Shown: positions 1 to 10,290, counted from the whole stretch's first letter. The stretch: 63,895 nt of DNA, filler included, from Acetivibrio sp. (GCF_035371925.1; 5 parts of 5 records of this genome joined end to end with filler, not necessarily neighbours in it), one strand, 5' to 3'. Made by a program: numbers and translations. The notes: a model not told the origin generated them from the letters alone.

Positions 1-162
1 TACTACAAGAATTAAGGAATAAATGTTATTAAATGGAATGAAAATATGGAATTTTAGAACCGACTTTATTATATGGAAAGAATTGGGGAAATGGTCCTAA
101 GGCGAGAAGGGATAAGGGTTTGAGGGAAAGTCGTTTGGAGCGGAGTTTATTTTAAATATACA
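1..162 (-). mobile_element. Dispersed (left-type) end of a Tn7-like/Mu-like transposon extending upstream of the window
   Basis: Ends in ...TATACA at 162. Read inward it is TGTATATT-TAA-AATAAACT, with the core at position 12 as in Tn7 ends (TGTGGGCG-GAC-AATAAAGT). A second core (ACTTTATT) lies at 63-70. About 83% identical (manual count, 134/162, no gaps) to 456-617. Confidence 0.7.
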
Positions 163-167
163 CGTGT

Positions 168-617
168 TGTATAATTCAAATAAAGTTCACTCCGTAATAA
201 TAAAGTTCGCTCTATAAAAATAAAGTCCGTTCCAAAATCCCGCAGCAGATGCAGGAGAAAACCTGCTTGGCTGCGGGATTTGATTTTTTGTAGGGAGAGT
301 TAAGGGGTAAGTAATAAGGCTGAAGAAAACGATTTGAAAGGGATTGAGAGTATTATATATTGAAAAAAGAATAGAAAAAGCACGTGAGGAAATGCAACCA
401 TATAATTTTGCCCCTTGCAACTTACCCCTATTTGGAACCGACTTTATTTAAAAATTGTTACAAGAATTAAGAAATAAATGTTATTAAATGGAATGAAAAT
501 ATGGATTTTTAGAATCGACTTTATTAGATGGATGAAATTAGGAGAATAGGGTTGAGGTTAGATGGGATAAGAGTTTGAGCGATTTCGCTTTGGAGCGGAG
601 TTTATTTTAAATATACA
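168..617. mobile_element. 450-bp non-autonomous Tn7-like mini-transposon (TGT...ACA)
   Basis: Compact end: TGTATAAT at 168 with AATAAAGT cores at 179, 199 and 219 (20-bp period). Dispersed end: inverted cores at 441-448, 518-525 and 599-606, terminating ACA at 615-617. No transposase inside. Flanks CGTGT and TTTTG do not match. Confidence 0.72.
235..282. other. GC-rich nested hairpin inside the mini-element (terminator-like)
   Basis: AAATCCCGCAGC (235-246) pairs with GCTGCGGGATTT (271-282); inner stem GCAGG/CCTGC; followed by GATTTTTT. Confidence 0.6.
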
Positions 618-1642
618 TTTTGAACGTTTTGTCTGTCTTAATTTCTGGTTTCATTATATAAATATTGAGAGAAGTGAGATGCTTATTGATTTTATTCATT
701 TATTTAGATATAATTTTGATGTTCTGTAACTTGTTATAAATTGAGTAAGAACACCAAAAATGTGCCAGCAACTGGCAGTAAAGAAATAGGTAAAGGAATG
801 AACATTGAAAATTGAAAAAAGTTTAGTTGATAGGAAGAGTTTACCTCCACAAAATGGTAATGCTTCGCTGAGCATAGGAATAAGGAGTTAATTTCCTATG
901 GATTTAGCTACAGCTTTTGGTAACATAAATTCTTATAGACTTTAGCTAAGTCTTTTGCATATTGGAACATGCAAATCAAAGAATTTCTCACAAAGAAGTT
1001 TTTCGTATCCCTGAATAAGGGGACTTTAATCCGTTATTGAGCACCGTATGGCTGATTAAGGATTTTGACACGTGCCTTCATCTTAAGTTTTAAGCATCTG
1101 GACACTTGTGTAAATCAGCGGATGCCATCTTCAATGTGAGCTTAGACTGCCTTTCCATAGCTGGATTTACAACCAGGATTGTCACATTTATGCTTTTTCG
1201 CCAGTTCCTTAGAGCCATTTTCAGGCATCTTTACTTATGTTTTCTATTCTTCTTATCAATACTCCGGTAATAATAAGATTCAATATCTAAAGAATACGAT
1301 CAACTGTGCCGGTTCGTGTATATGTATGGATAATGTTTCTTAATCCTATATGGGAACGAATTGTGAAAATGTTGCCTGATGTTAAGCATAGGCTCATGTA
1401 TCGAATTATATACCGGATATTGCTAAAGAAGAAAGTACCGGATCTTACTGCTTTAATGAAGATTACCTGAAGGTAAGGAGAAAGAGTTATCGAGGAGACT
1501 AATCAAAATCTGATGAAGTTTTTGATTAGTACGAGAAGCCGGAGTTAAGCGTATTTGTATTTCAAAGCCCGGGGCGGGAGAAAGTCAAGAGAGAGAATAT
1601 AACTTAAATATTATAATATTAAATTTAGGGAGGAAATCAATA

Positions 1643-4600
1643 ATGTATGCAAAAAAGAGACTGCTATCATTTGCTATGATGATTTTTTTTATTTTTACTC
1701 AGTTTTTGATTGTGGGAGCGGAAACACCAATTGGTTTTAATGGCTTTAATGACATTGAAGGTCATTGGGCACATAGTTTGATCGAGTTGAATGCTAAACG
1801 AGGAAGAATTGCAGGTTATGAAGACGGAAGCTTTAGACCGTCTCAAAGCGTTACCAGGGCGGAATTTGTAACAATGGCAAACAAATTCTTTGGTAAAAGC
1901 GGCGGTGAAGAATTTGGATGTTCCTTCACGGACGTAAATGAAGACGATTGGTTTTTTGCAGATGTGGCTACTGCCGAAAAAGCCAGATACATCAGTGGTT
2001 ATCCTGACGGTACCTTTCGTCCGAAAGCGTTAATTACCAGAGAAGAAGCCGCTGTAATTTTATGCAGGTTGATAAACTTTGATCCCATTTTAAATGCAGA
2101 TAAAATTAAATTTACCGATTCAGAAAGCATTTCACCGTGGGCTTTAGGGTATGTAAACAGGCTGGCTTATGATAACATGATTAAAGGATACCCTGATAAT
2201 ACGTTCATGCCTAAAAACCCTGTGACCAGAGCCGAGGCTGTTGTTCTTTTGAATAATGCACGTGTAAGTTTGATGGAACCACCTATATATACTCCACATA
2301 TTACGGACTCATATAATGTGAGCCCGTCACCGTCGGAAACGGCAACACCTTCACCTACACCCTCAACTACACCTTCTCTTACACCTTCACCTACTCAGAA
2401 AAAGGCGAGTGATAAACAAACGGGTAGTGATAAACAAACGGAAAAGGAACCGTCAAAAACCTATGAACCGACTCCCGAAGTTGTTAACAACAACGCTCCT
2501 GAGATTGATGCCGTTCATGTTTCTACATATACCGCATATAAAAATGAAAAGGTTAGATTAACCGCTTACACTTATGATGCCGATAACGACATATTATCCT
2601 ATATCTGGAGTGCGGAGGGCGGAACGGTTGAAGGGAATTCAGAAACGGCTGTCTGGACTGCTCCTGAATCACTGGGAGTATATAATATTACATTAAAGGT
2701 CTATGACTAAAAAGGAGGAAACGCGTCAACATCCTGCACCATAAAGGTGGTTGAACCTGTCTATGGTATGGCTGATCCCTTGGATTTAATAAAGGATGAT
2801 GGTGACGAAGACGGTGATAATCTTTTGAATTCCGAAGAAAAACTGTTTAGAACAAATCCCTTTATCAGCGATTCTGACTATGACGGACTAAGTGACTATG
2901 AAGAGTTGAAGGTATACGGTACCGATCCATTGAAGGCAGACTCCGATTCCGACGGAATTTTGGACGGTGCGGAGGTTATTCTTAAACTGGATCCCAATAA
3001 AGAGTCCAGCGATAATGTTTTGAAAGACGGCGAAAGAGTAATTGATTTTAAGAAAGACTTCATTGTTTCTGTGAGTGATTCGGTATACTCATGGGTTAGA
3101 ACATCAATTTCTTCTATGTCAGATGAAACAATCACATTTTCACAGCTGTTCGAAGAAGAAACCTCTTTGGCAATAAATAAAGAGACTAAGGGAACTATAG
3201 AAATGAGCGGCAGCGGGAATCTGATCAGCGACATTAAGATAAGTACCGTTGACAATCCTTTGTTGTGTGCACGACCCAATGTTGTGGGGCTGCCGATTAA
3301 AATAGAAAGCAAATTGTTGAATGGACTGAAGCCTAACGATATGACCGTTACATTGTTCTATGATCCTTCTGAGGTTCAATCGAAAGGCATCGATGAGAAC
3401 GACCTTCGGTTATACACCTATGACCCTGTAAGCAAAAAGTGTTCACCGATTAAAAATTCAACAGTTGATGTTGAAAACAATACAGTAACTACAGTTTCAT
3501 GTGAAATGTCAACTTATGTTATGGGAGTACAACTGGAGGATACGGATTTTACAAAAATAAATCTGTCACTGGTTGTAGATATGTCGGAAAATATGCTTGG
3601 AGTCGATTATGAAAATACATACCGGTGGAAGAGGCAGTTGGAAAATGTAATCTCGGCGGTGAATGATGTATCGACGGTATCATTATTGCAATTTACGGGT
3701 TCGTCATATACAATTCAGGAGCTTACAAGGGATAAGTCCACCGTACTTCATCTGTTAAACGATATGGAGTATGCTTATATTCCTGAGAAAGGAGACCTCT
3801 TGAGCGGTTTTGCGGAAGGAATCAACGTGCTGGATGATGCAGCTGACGGAGCTAAAGTAATGCTGATTTTAACAGCCACATATAACAGCAGTCAAAAGAG
3901 AGAACTGGTTGACCTGGCCAATCAGGCGGCTTCTAAAGGAATTATTGTGTACATTATTGACGATACCCGTAATGGGAATGCAAGAGAGTTGAAGGAGATT
4001 GTATCAATTACGGGAGGACGTTACTTTCATATAGATTACCACTACAGCCAGGCTAACGATATTATCCTGGATTTAAATTCTGTTAAAGTTGACGAGAGTA
4101 TTTCAATGAAAAATCTGAATTTTGCAATGGCAAGTTTAAGCATGGCTGCTTTACAAGCTCCTGCAAAGGAGTGGTCATTAAAACTTTACGATATAACAAA
4201 GGATAGCTGGAGTTTTAGAAATCATGGTTCATATTTAAGCCCGGGAGGATTGTGTGCAGGGTTTGTTACCACGTGCATAGGAAATTATTATCAAGTTTTG
4301 CCATTGTCTATCACAACAAACACCGCGATCGGAAATACTACATTAAGCGATAGTGCTTTGGAATATTTGGATTATGCTTCTTGGTCACTTGACTTTGATC
4401 CAACGCGGGTTTTTTCGCTGCGAGGTTCTCCTGTAGATGTTGATACCGAGTGGAGAGAAAATCGGATAGCATATAACCTGAGGTTGTTTGATGATATATT
4501 TGATTACGGTAAAGAACCAGTCGACATCAACATTTATAACCTGACACCTACAGATAATTTGAGTTCAACACAGGATACTTTATCGAATGTTCGTAATGTT

Positions 4601-5920
4601 TGGGGAGCATTCACAGATGTAAGGGAACATGCTGTTAGAAAAGCTATTGAGAGTTGGCATGTTATAGCCAATACAATGCTTCCAAATGAATTTTATCGTG
4701 TAAGATATGTTGCGAATGATGCAGTACCGATGGAAGTAGTTAAGTACATTGTTGATTCGTTAGATCGTGGAGATGTGCTTTATGTCGGTGTCGGAGCCGA
4801 TATAGGAGGTCATGCCCTGCTGGCATATGATCAGGAATCCGATGAAGAACTCAATACCGTTACATTGCACATATATGATTGCAATACTCCTTACAGTGAA
4901 GACAATGATGACTGGATGAATTGTCGAGTTATCTTGACAAGAAATGAAGGACTTAATACCTACACCGCCACTTACTTGCCATGGCAGAGTTGGGCTCCTA
5001 TAACGAGATTTAGTGTTATGAAAACCAGTGAATTACTAAACTATATGTATGAGAATTCCACATACCTTGAAAAAGTAACTTATAATGCGGACGAAGATTC
5101 ATATACTTTGACGACAAGGTTGCCTGTTGTCGATACCCGCGTACAAAATTACGGAAATGAAGACAGCCCGGTTTGTGTTGTTGAAAGAATAAATGATACA
5201 AACTTTGTAATAAGACCGGTAAACGGGCTTGGAAAAAGGCTGAGAGATTGCGGTTTCCAAGTGGAGTTTAACATTCAAATCCATGATGGTTTCAAAGAAT
5301 GGGTGACTGTTTTTGACCATCCGGAAACTCAGCTTTTTACGGATGTTTCAATATCGGATTGGTATTATGAATACATAAAAGAGGTTGTTAAAAACGGCTA
5401 TATGCAAGGTACGGGCAACAAACGGTTTGAACCTGATTTGGTTGTAACAAGGGCACAAATAATTACGATTGCTTTAAATATGCAGGGAATTGACTACAAC
5501 AATCATCCGGCCCTTGAAGAGCCTGGGGATCCTTTCACTGATGTGGCTCCGGGATCGTGGTATTACAAAGCGGTGAAAGTTGCCAAGGAATTAGGATATG
5601 TAAACGGATACCCGGACGGAAGGTTTGGTCCGAATGACCCTGTCCAAAGACAGCATGTGGCGACGATATTGGTTAATATCTTAGATTCGCTGAAAGAACC
5701 ACCTGAAGGCTACTATGAATTGCCAATGTTTTCCGATGAAGAGGATATTTCCAACGGACATATAAGAGATGTGAAAAAAATAGCGTATAACCGTGGATGG
5801 GAGGGATTCTATACCTTTATTTCCGATACTCCGGAATTTAGACCGACGTTAAATATTAACAGGGCAGAATTTGCAAAAATCATATATAAAATTGCCACAT
5901 TGGATGGTTACATGTATTAA
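1643..5920 (+). CDS. Large secreted S-layer-anchored protein (N-terminal SLH x3, Pro/Thr linker, PKD-like, DGDxD Ca-binding repeats, vWA, papain-like Cys-His-Asp domain, C-terminal SLH x3), split by one in-frame TAA at 2708-2710
   Basis: ORFs 1643-2710 and 2747-5920 share a frame; read-through gives LKVYD*KGGNASTSCTIKVVEP, a continuous beta-sandwich strand. Signal peptide, SLH motifs (ISGYPDGTFRP..ITREEAA), vWA-like LSLVVDMSENM. Confidence 0.8.
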
Positions 5921-8137
5921 TTGAGGAATCAGGGGGGTATTGAAGTTGAAAAAAAGTACAGTTTGTTGAGTTTATTGGTAATTTTAGTATTTTTAATTTG
6001 TAATACTTGTGTATTTGCTGAAAATGCTATAGAGCAATCTGAATCTTCAAATGGCATAACGAGCAGCAACAATTTATCGAGTGTTGGATATATAACTTTG
6101 GAAAATGAATATATTAATGTAGCAATAAGACCAAACGGGAGGTTTACAATAGGAACCAATGAAGGCAACCCGGAAATTGCAACCGATAACCGCAAGAAGC
6201 TTTTGTATGGTTGGCCGGGCGGCGGTACGTCATACACCACCGTCAGGATTGACGGTATCGACTACTATTATGGCGGGGAAAATATTTCAACTCCCCCGCA
6301 CAATATTGATGAGGAGTACCGGAATTCATCCGCAGCGAAGTATGGCAATGTTTATGTGCGACAGGACATAAGCCTGGTTGATGGAGGTTTTTCAGGCATG
6401 ATGGATACTGTTGAAATCAAATACATTGTTACTAACAATGATACTATTCCCCATTATGTGGGGATAAGAATCATGCTGGATACGATGCTTGGAAGCAATG
6501 ACTATGCACCTTTCAGGGTTCCAGGCATAGGGGATATAGAGACAACCACTACATTTTTAGGTGATGAAATTCCGGATTATTGGCAGGCAATGGACAGCCT
6601 TGTCAAACCGACGGTAGTTTCCCAGGGGACTAATATAAAATACCAGCAAAACCCGCCAGACAAATTTGTACTCGGAAATTGGCTTACTTTAGCTGAAAAC
6701 ATGTGGAATTCAAATTATACCGGTTATAACGGAGACAGTGCAATTGCGACTTATTGGGAGCCTAAACAACTGGCACCGGGTGAGTCAACAGAATACATAA
6801 CATATTATGGTATCAGTAAAATTACCATTGCAGGAGATAAACCGCTTGTTGTTATTGTAAGCGGCAATACCAGCCTTAGTGCGACCGAAACAGGTTATGT
6901 TCCGAATCCTTTTACCATTACGTCATATATAACTAATAACACGAATGATACTATAAAAAATGTGATGGCTAAAATTATTCTGCCGGACGGAATAGTACCT
7001 TATACTGGAACCGATACTGATATAGTTATCGGAGATATGACAGCCAGGAGTCATAAACAAGTTTCATGGCAACTGTTTGCAGGGCAAATACCGGAGCAAA
7101 AAACTTTGGAGTATAAAGTTGTAGTCTGGGGAGATGATACGGAGCCCACTGAGGTGACCAGGCAAATAACAATTCCCGCTTCAATAAGTGATATATTTGA
7201 TGATGGGACCGATAAGGAAAAATACAGGATTTTACGAGAGATTGGTAATGATTTTGAACAGGATATTACATCGAGAATTCATCGCAAACCGGAAATCAAA
7301 AATGTGAGAATAACGCCGGGGGACCAGGAAGGAGTATATGAACTGTATGTGGATGAATATTTCGTGGATACTTCAAAGGGAGCTTCTCCTTTCTTCTACT
7401 GGGCATCAACAAAGGGATATTTTGAAGATAAAAAAATTGATAACTATAGGAAAGTAATCTTTCACTGTGATGAAGGGACTTCCGGACAAAAGGTTAGTAT
7501 TTTGCTGAAAATGGGTGACGGACTGGGAAATGTTGTATACAAGAAATTATATGTAGATGGTATCGGCACAACTTCTTCTGCCGGAACCCTTGAGGCAAAA
7601 TTTACAAATCTGGTTGCATCGGTAAAATCATGGGATACCATGAGAATCAGGTATAATATTTCCTATACTGATTCGGAAGGCCGGCCCGTACCTGGAACCA
7701 AAGTAAGTCTGTATTATTCGTTGGATAATCAGGCTGAATGGAAACCCATTGCAAGGGATTTGGTAGGGGTCAACGGATACAACTGGATAGTTCCGGATTT
7801 ATCGTCTTCAAATGCGAGAATCAAGCTTGTTGCAACGAATGATGGTGTAATAAAGGAAGTAATATCCCAGCCCTTTACCATTATGCCGGATATATACATA
7901 AAGGGAAAGGTTGTGGATCATAACGGAAATCCGATAGTGAACGCAAAAGTAATTATTGGGGACCGGTATACTTATACAGATGTAAACGGTTGTTATATAA
8001 TTAACCGTTTATCGCCGGGAGTGTATTCCCTTAGGGTGGAAAAAGAAGGAGTAGAGTTTGAAAAGACTCAATACGATAATATTGTTCTTAGTTATCTGAA
8101 CCGGAATACCACAAAGAACTTTTATGGGAAGCGGTAA
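5921..8137 (+). CDS. Secreted multi-beta-sandwich protein (Ig/PKD-like domains, C-terminal carboxypeptidase-regulatory-like domain)
   Basis: 738-aa ORF directly after the previous stop; signal peptide KKYSLLSLLVILVFLICNTCVFA; C-terminal IKGKVVDHNGNPIVNAKV...TDVNGCY motif. Confidence 0.75.
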   Translation: MRNQGGIEVEKKYSLLSLLVILVFLICNTCVFAENAIEQSESSNGITSSNNLSSVGYITLENEYINVAIRPNGRFTIGTNEGNPEIATDNRKKLLYGWPGGGTSYTTVRIDGIDYYYGGENISTPPHNIDEEYRNSSAAKYGNVYVRQDISLVDGGFSGMMDTVEIKYIVTNNDTIPHYVGIRIMLDTMLGSNDYAPFRVPGIGDIETTTTFLGDEIPDYWQAMDSLVKPTVVSQGTNIKYQQNPPDKFVLGNWLTLAENMWNSNYTGYNGDSAIATYWEPKQLAPGESTEYITYYGISKITIAGDKPLVVIVSGNTSLSATETGYVPNPFTITSYITNNTNDTIKNVMAKIILPDGIVPYTGTDTDIVIGDMTARSHKQVSWQLFAGQIPEQKTLEYKVVVWGDDTEPTEVTRQITIPASISDIFDDGTDKEKYRILREIGNDFEQDITSRIHRKPEIKNVRITPGDQEGVYELYVDEYFVDTSKGASPFFYWASTKGYFEDKKIDNYRKVIFHCDEGTSGQKVSILLKMGDGLGNVVYKKLYVDGIGTTSSAGTLEAKFTNLVASVKSWDTMRIRYNISYTDSEGRPVPGTKVSLYYSLDNQAEWKPIARDLVGVNGYNWIVPDLSSSNARIKLVATNDGVIKEVISQPFTIMPDIYIKGKVVDHNGNPIVNAKVIIGDRYTYTDVNGCYIINRLSPGVYSLRVEKEGVEFEKTQYDNIVLSYLNRNTTKNFYGKR

Positions 8138-8287
8138 GAAAAATAAAGTTTATTCATGAATATAACCTCAAAACCTACTGTGTTGTTAAGTTTTGCAATA
8201 TTATGATTACACTTATTTTAGAGGTAATGTATATTGACTAATATAATAATTTAGTATAATATTATTAATCATAAAAATTGAATATAT

Positions 8288-8331
8288 GGTGATGGAGTTC
8301 ACCTGAATTGCTTAATGCTGATGACTCCTAC
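8288..8331 (+). ncRNA. Fluoride (crcB) riboswitch aptamer
   Basis: GGTGATGGAGTTCACC...GCTGATGACTCCTAC fits the crcB consensus (GGCGATGGTGTTCGCC...GCTAATGACACCTAC), including the GGAG/CTCC pseudoknot. Confidence 0.9.
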
Positions 8332-8366
8332 AGGAATAAACAATATTGTACCTGTAGGAGTTTTTT
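8325..8366 (+). terminator. Riboswitch expression-platform terminator
   Basis: CTCCTACAGG pairs with CCTGTAGGAG, followed by T6; its 5' arm overlaps the aptamer 3' strand. Confidence 0.85.
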
Positions 8367-8391
8367 GATATTTGTAGGGAGGTTGGCTTTA

Positions 8392-9564
8392 ATGGCTGCA
8401 AGTTTAGCAATGATTTTATTGTTGGGGTTACCGGCAAAAAAGATGTTTGAGAAATTGAAATTGCCGGGTTTGCTTGGAATGCTTATATTAGGTGTCTTAA
8501 TAGGACCGTATGGTCTTAATCTGCTGCAAAGGAATATGCTTCAAATATCGTCGGACTTAAGAAGTATTGCATTAATAATTATTTTATTAAGAGCAGGACT
8601 TGGACTTAATAAAGATGTTTTAAAGAATGTTGGTGTTCCTGCATTAAAGATGAGCTGTATACCCGGATTAATCGAGGGTTTATTTATTGCATTGGCATCT
8701 GTATATTTTCTTGACTTTTCATTTTCCCAGGGAGGAATGTTAGGCTTTATTATTGCTGCTGTTTCTCCTGCTGTTGTTGTGCCTTTTATGCTTAAGTTAA
8801 TGGAAAGCAACATTGGCACGAAAAATGGGATACCGACTTTGATATTGGCTGGTGTATCTATTGATGATGTCTTTGCCATTACTGTGTTTAGTGCTTTTTG
8901 GGGTTTATACAGCGGCACTGATATGAATATAGGTATACAATTAATAAATATACCCATCTCGATTTTATTAGGTATTATGGCAGGAATAATTTTAGGGTTT
9001 GTTTTGATAAATATTTTTAAAAGATTTAACATTCGTGATACAAAAAAGGTATTGTTATTGCTTGGATTTTCTATATTACTCAATCAGTTGGAAGTTGTAA
9101 TGAAGACGAAGATTCAAATAGCATCCCTCTTGGGAGTGATGACTGTAGGTTTTATATTGACGGAAAAACTTCCGGATGTAGGTAGGAAGCTATCCGATAA
9201 GCTCAATAAAATATGGGTATTTGCAGAAATATTATTGTTTGTATTGGTAGGAGCGGAAGTAAACGTAGGTGTGGCAATAAAAGCAGGTAAAATAGGGATA
9301 CTATTGATTGTAATAGGTTTAATGGGAAGAAGCATAGGCGTAATAATATCTTTACTAGGTACAAATTACTCTTTTAAAGAAAAATTATTCTGCGTCATTG
9401 CTTATATTCCGAAAGCAACAGTACAGGCTGCAATGGGTGCTGTACCTCTGTCGATGGGGGTGGAATCGGGAGATGTAATACTGGCAATTGCAGTGTTATC
9501 CGTATTGATTACTGCACCGTTAGGGGCAATTGGGATTCACTATTCAGCGAAAAGTTGCTTTTAG
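8392..9564 (+). CDS. CPA1/NhaP-type cation:proton antiporter
   Basis: Multi-pass hydrophobic ORF with AAVSPAVVVP, GVSIDDV and YIPKATVQAA motifs; ATG at 8392 follows a GGGAGG SD. Confidence 0.9.
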   Translation: MAASLAMILLLGLPAKKMFEKLKLPGLLGMLILGVLIGPYGLNLLQRNMLQISSDLRSIALIIILLRAGLGLNKDVLKNVGVPALKMSCIPGLIEGLFIALASVYFLDFSFSQGGMLGFIIAAVSPAVVVPFMLKLMESNIGTKNGIPTLILAGVSIDDVFAITVFSAFWGLYSGTDMNIGIQLINIPISILLGIMAGIILGFVLINIFKRFNIRDTKKVLLLLGFSILLNQLEVVMKTKIQIASLLGVMTVGFILTEKLPDVGRKLSDKLNKIWVFAEILLFVLVGAEVNVGVAIKAGKIGILLIVIGLMGRSIGVIISLLGTNYSFKEKLFCVIAYIPKATVQAAMGAVPLSMGVESGDVILAIAVLSVLITAPLGAIGIHYSAKSCF

Positions 9565-9685
9565 AAAATAACTAGTATAAGCTAATAGAAGATGACAATG
9601 CTTTGAAATCGGTTGCAACACAAAGTTTCAGTTGCTGTAACTGCAGCAAAAGAAAGTTTTGATTTGGTTTTGGAAGGATTTCTGT

Positions 9686-10267
9686 ATGAAAGTCAAAGAC
9701 TTTATTAATGAGATTAACAGCATATATCCCGATATAGATAAGAATGAAGTGGCATCGGATGTCTTAATAAGCGAAAAAGAAAAGAGTTTAGGATATAAAC
9801 TGCCGAAATCTTTTAAAACTTTTTTGAAGGAATTTTCAAATGGCATAATGTTATTGGATGCAGAGCCTATAGGAGGAGTCGGAGAAGACGATGATTCTCC
9901 TTGCGGGTCGATTTTTTTAGCTTCTTCTCAAATAAAGAAAAGTATTATCAACATAATTCCGACAAAAGAAACAATAACTCCTGATAAGCTAATTGCATTT
10001 TCACTGTATGATGCCATGGATTCGGCAAACAATTTCTGGGTATTTATCTGCGATAAGGAATATACTGATAATGAATATAGGGTTGGGTTGATCAGTCAAT
10101 ATACAGAAGATATTGTTGTAGTGTTAGATAGTTTTGAAGAATGGCTTACAGTGTTTTGGAATGCAAATAAGGATTCTGATGATGCAGTATCGGTATTTCA
10201 TTCAATGTATAAAACCTGGGAAGAAAGAGAAGATTTATTAAGACCGGATTGGAGAAATCAGGATTAG
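9686..10267 (+). CDS. SMI1/KNR4 (SUKH) family protein, probable toxin-immunity protein
   Basis: EKEKSLGYKLPKSFKTFLKEFSNG motif and C-terminal SFEEWL. Confidence 0.8.
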   Translation: MKVKDFINEINSIYPDIDKNEVASDVLISEKEKSLGYKLPKSFKTFLKEFSNGIMLLDAEPIGGVGEDDDSPCGSIFLASSQIKKSIINIIPTKETITPDKLIAFSLYDAMDSANNFWVFICDKEYTDNEYRVGLISQYTEDIVVVLDSFEEWLTVFWNANKDSDDAVSVFHSMYKTWEEREDLLRPDWRNQD

Positions 10268-10290
10268 GTTTTTGGTATGGATATGGATTT

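Noticed and set aside
179..240. 20-bp periodic repeats as a mini-CRISPR array
   Set aside because: No room for unique spacers, copies occur in both orientations, and they are anchored to TGT/ACA termini. No CRISPR array or cas gene was seen anywhere in the window.
187..420. 77-aa minus-strand ORF in the mini-element
   Set aside because: No recognisable motif or SD, and it runs through binding sites and a hairpin; likely spurious.
1060..1080. GACACGTGC as the matching ACA+CGTGT far end of the element starting at 168
   Set aside because: Only a 4/5 flank match, and no AATAAAGT-type sites at the expected positions.
700..1600. Possible IS or group II intron remnant in the long intergenic region
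   Set aside because: All frames are broken and I could not recognise a convincing motif; BLASTX would be needed.
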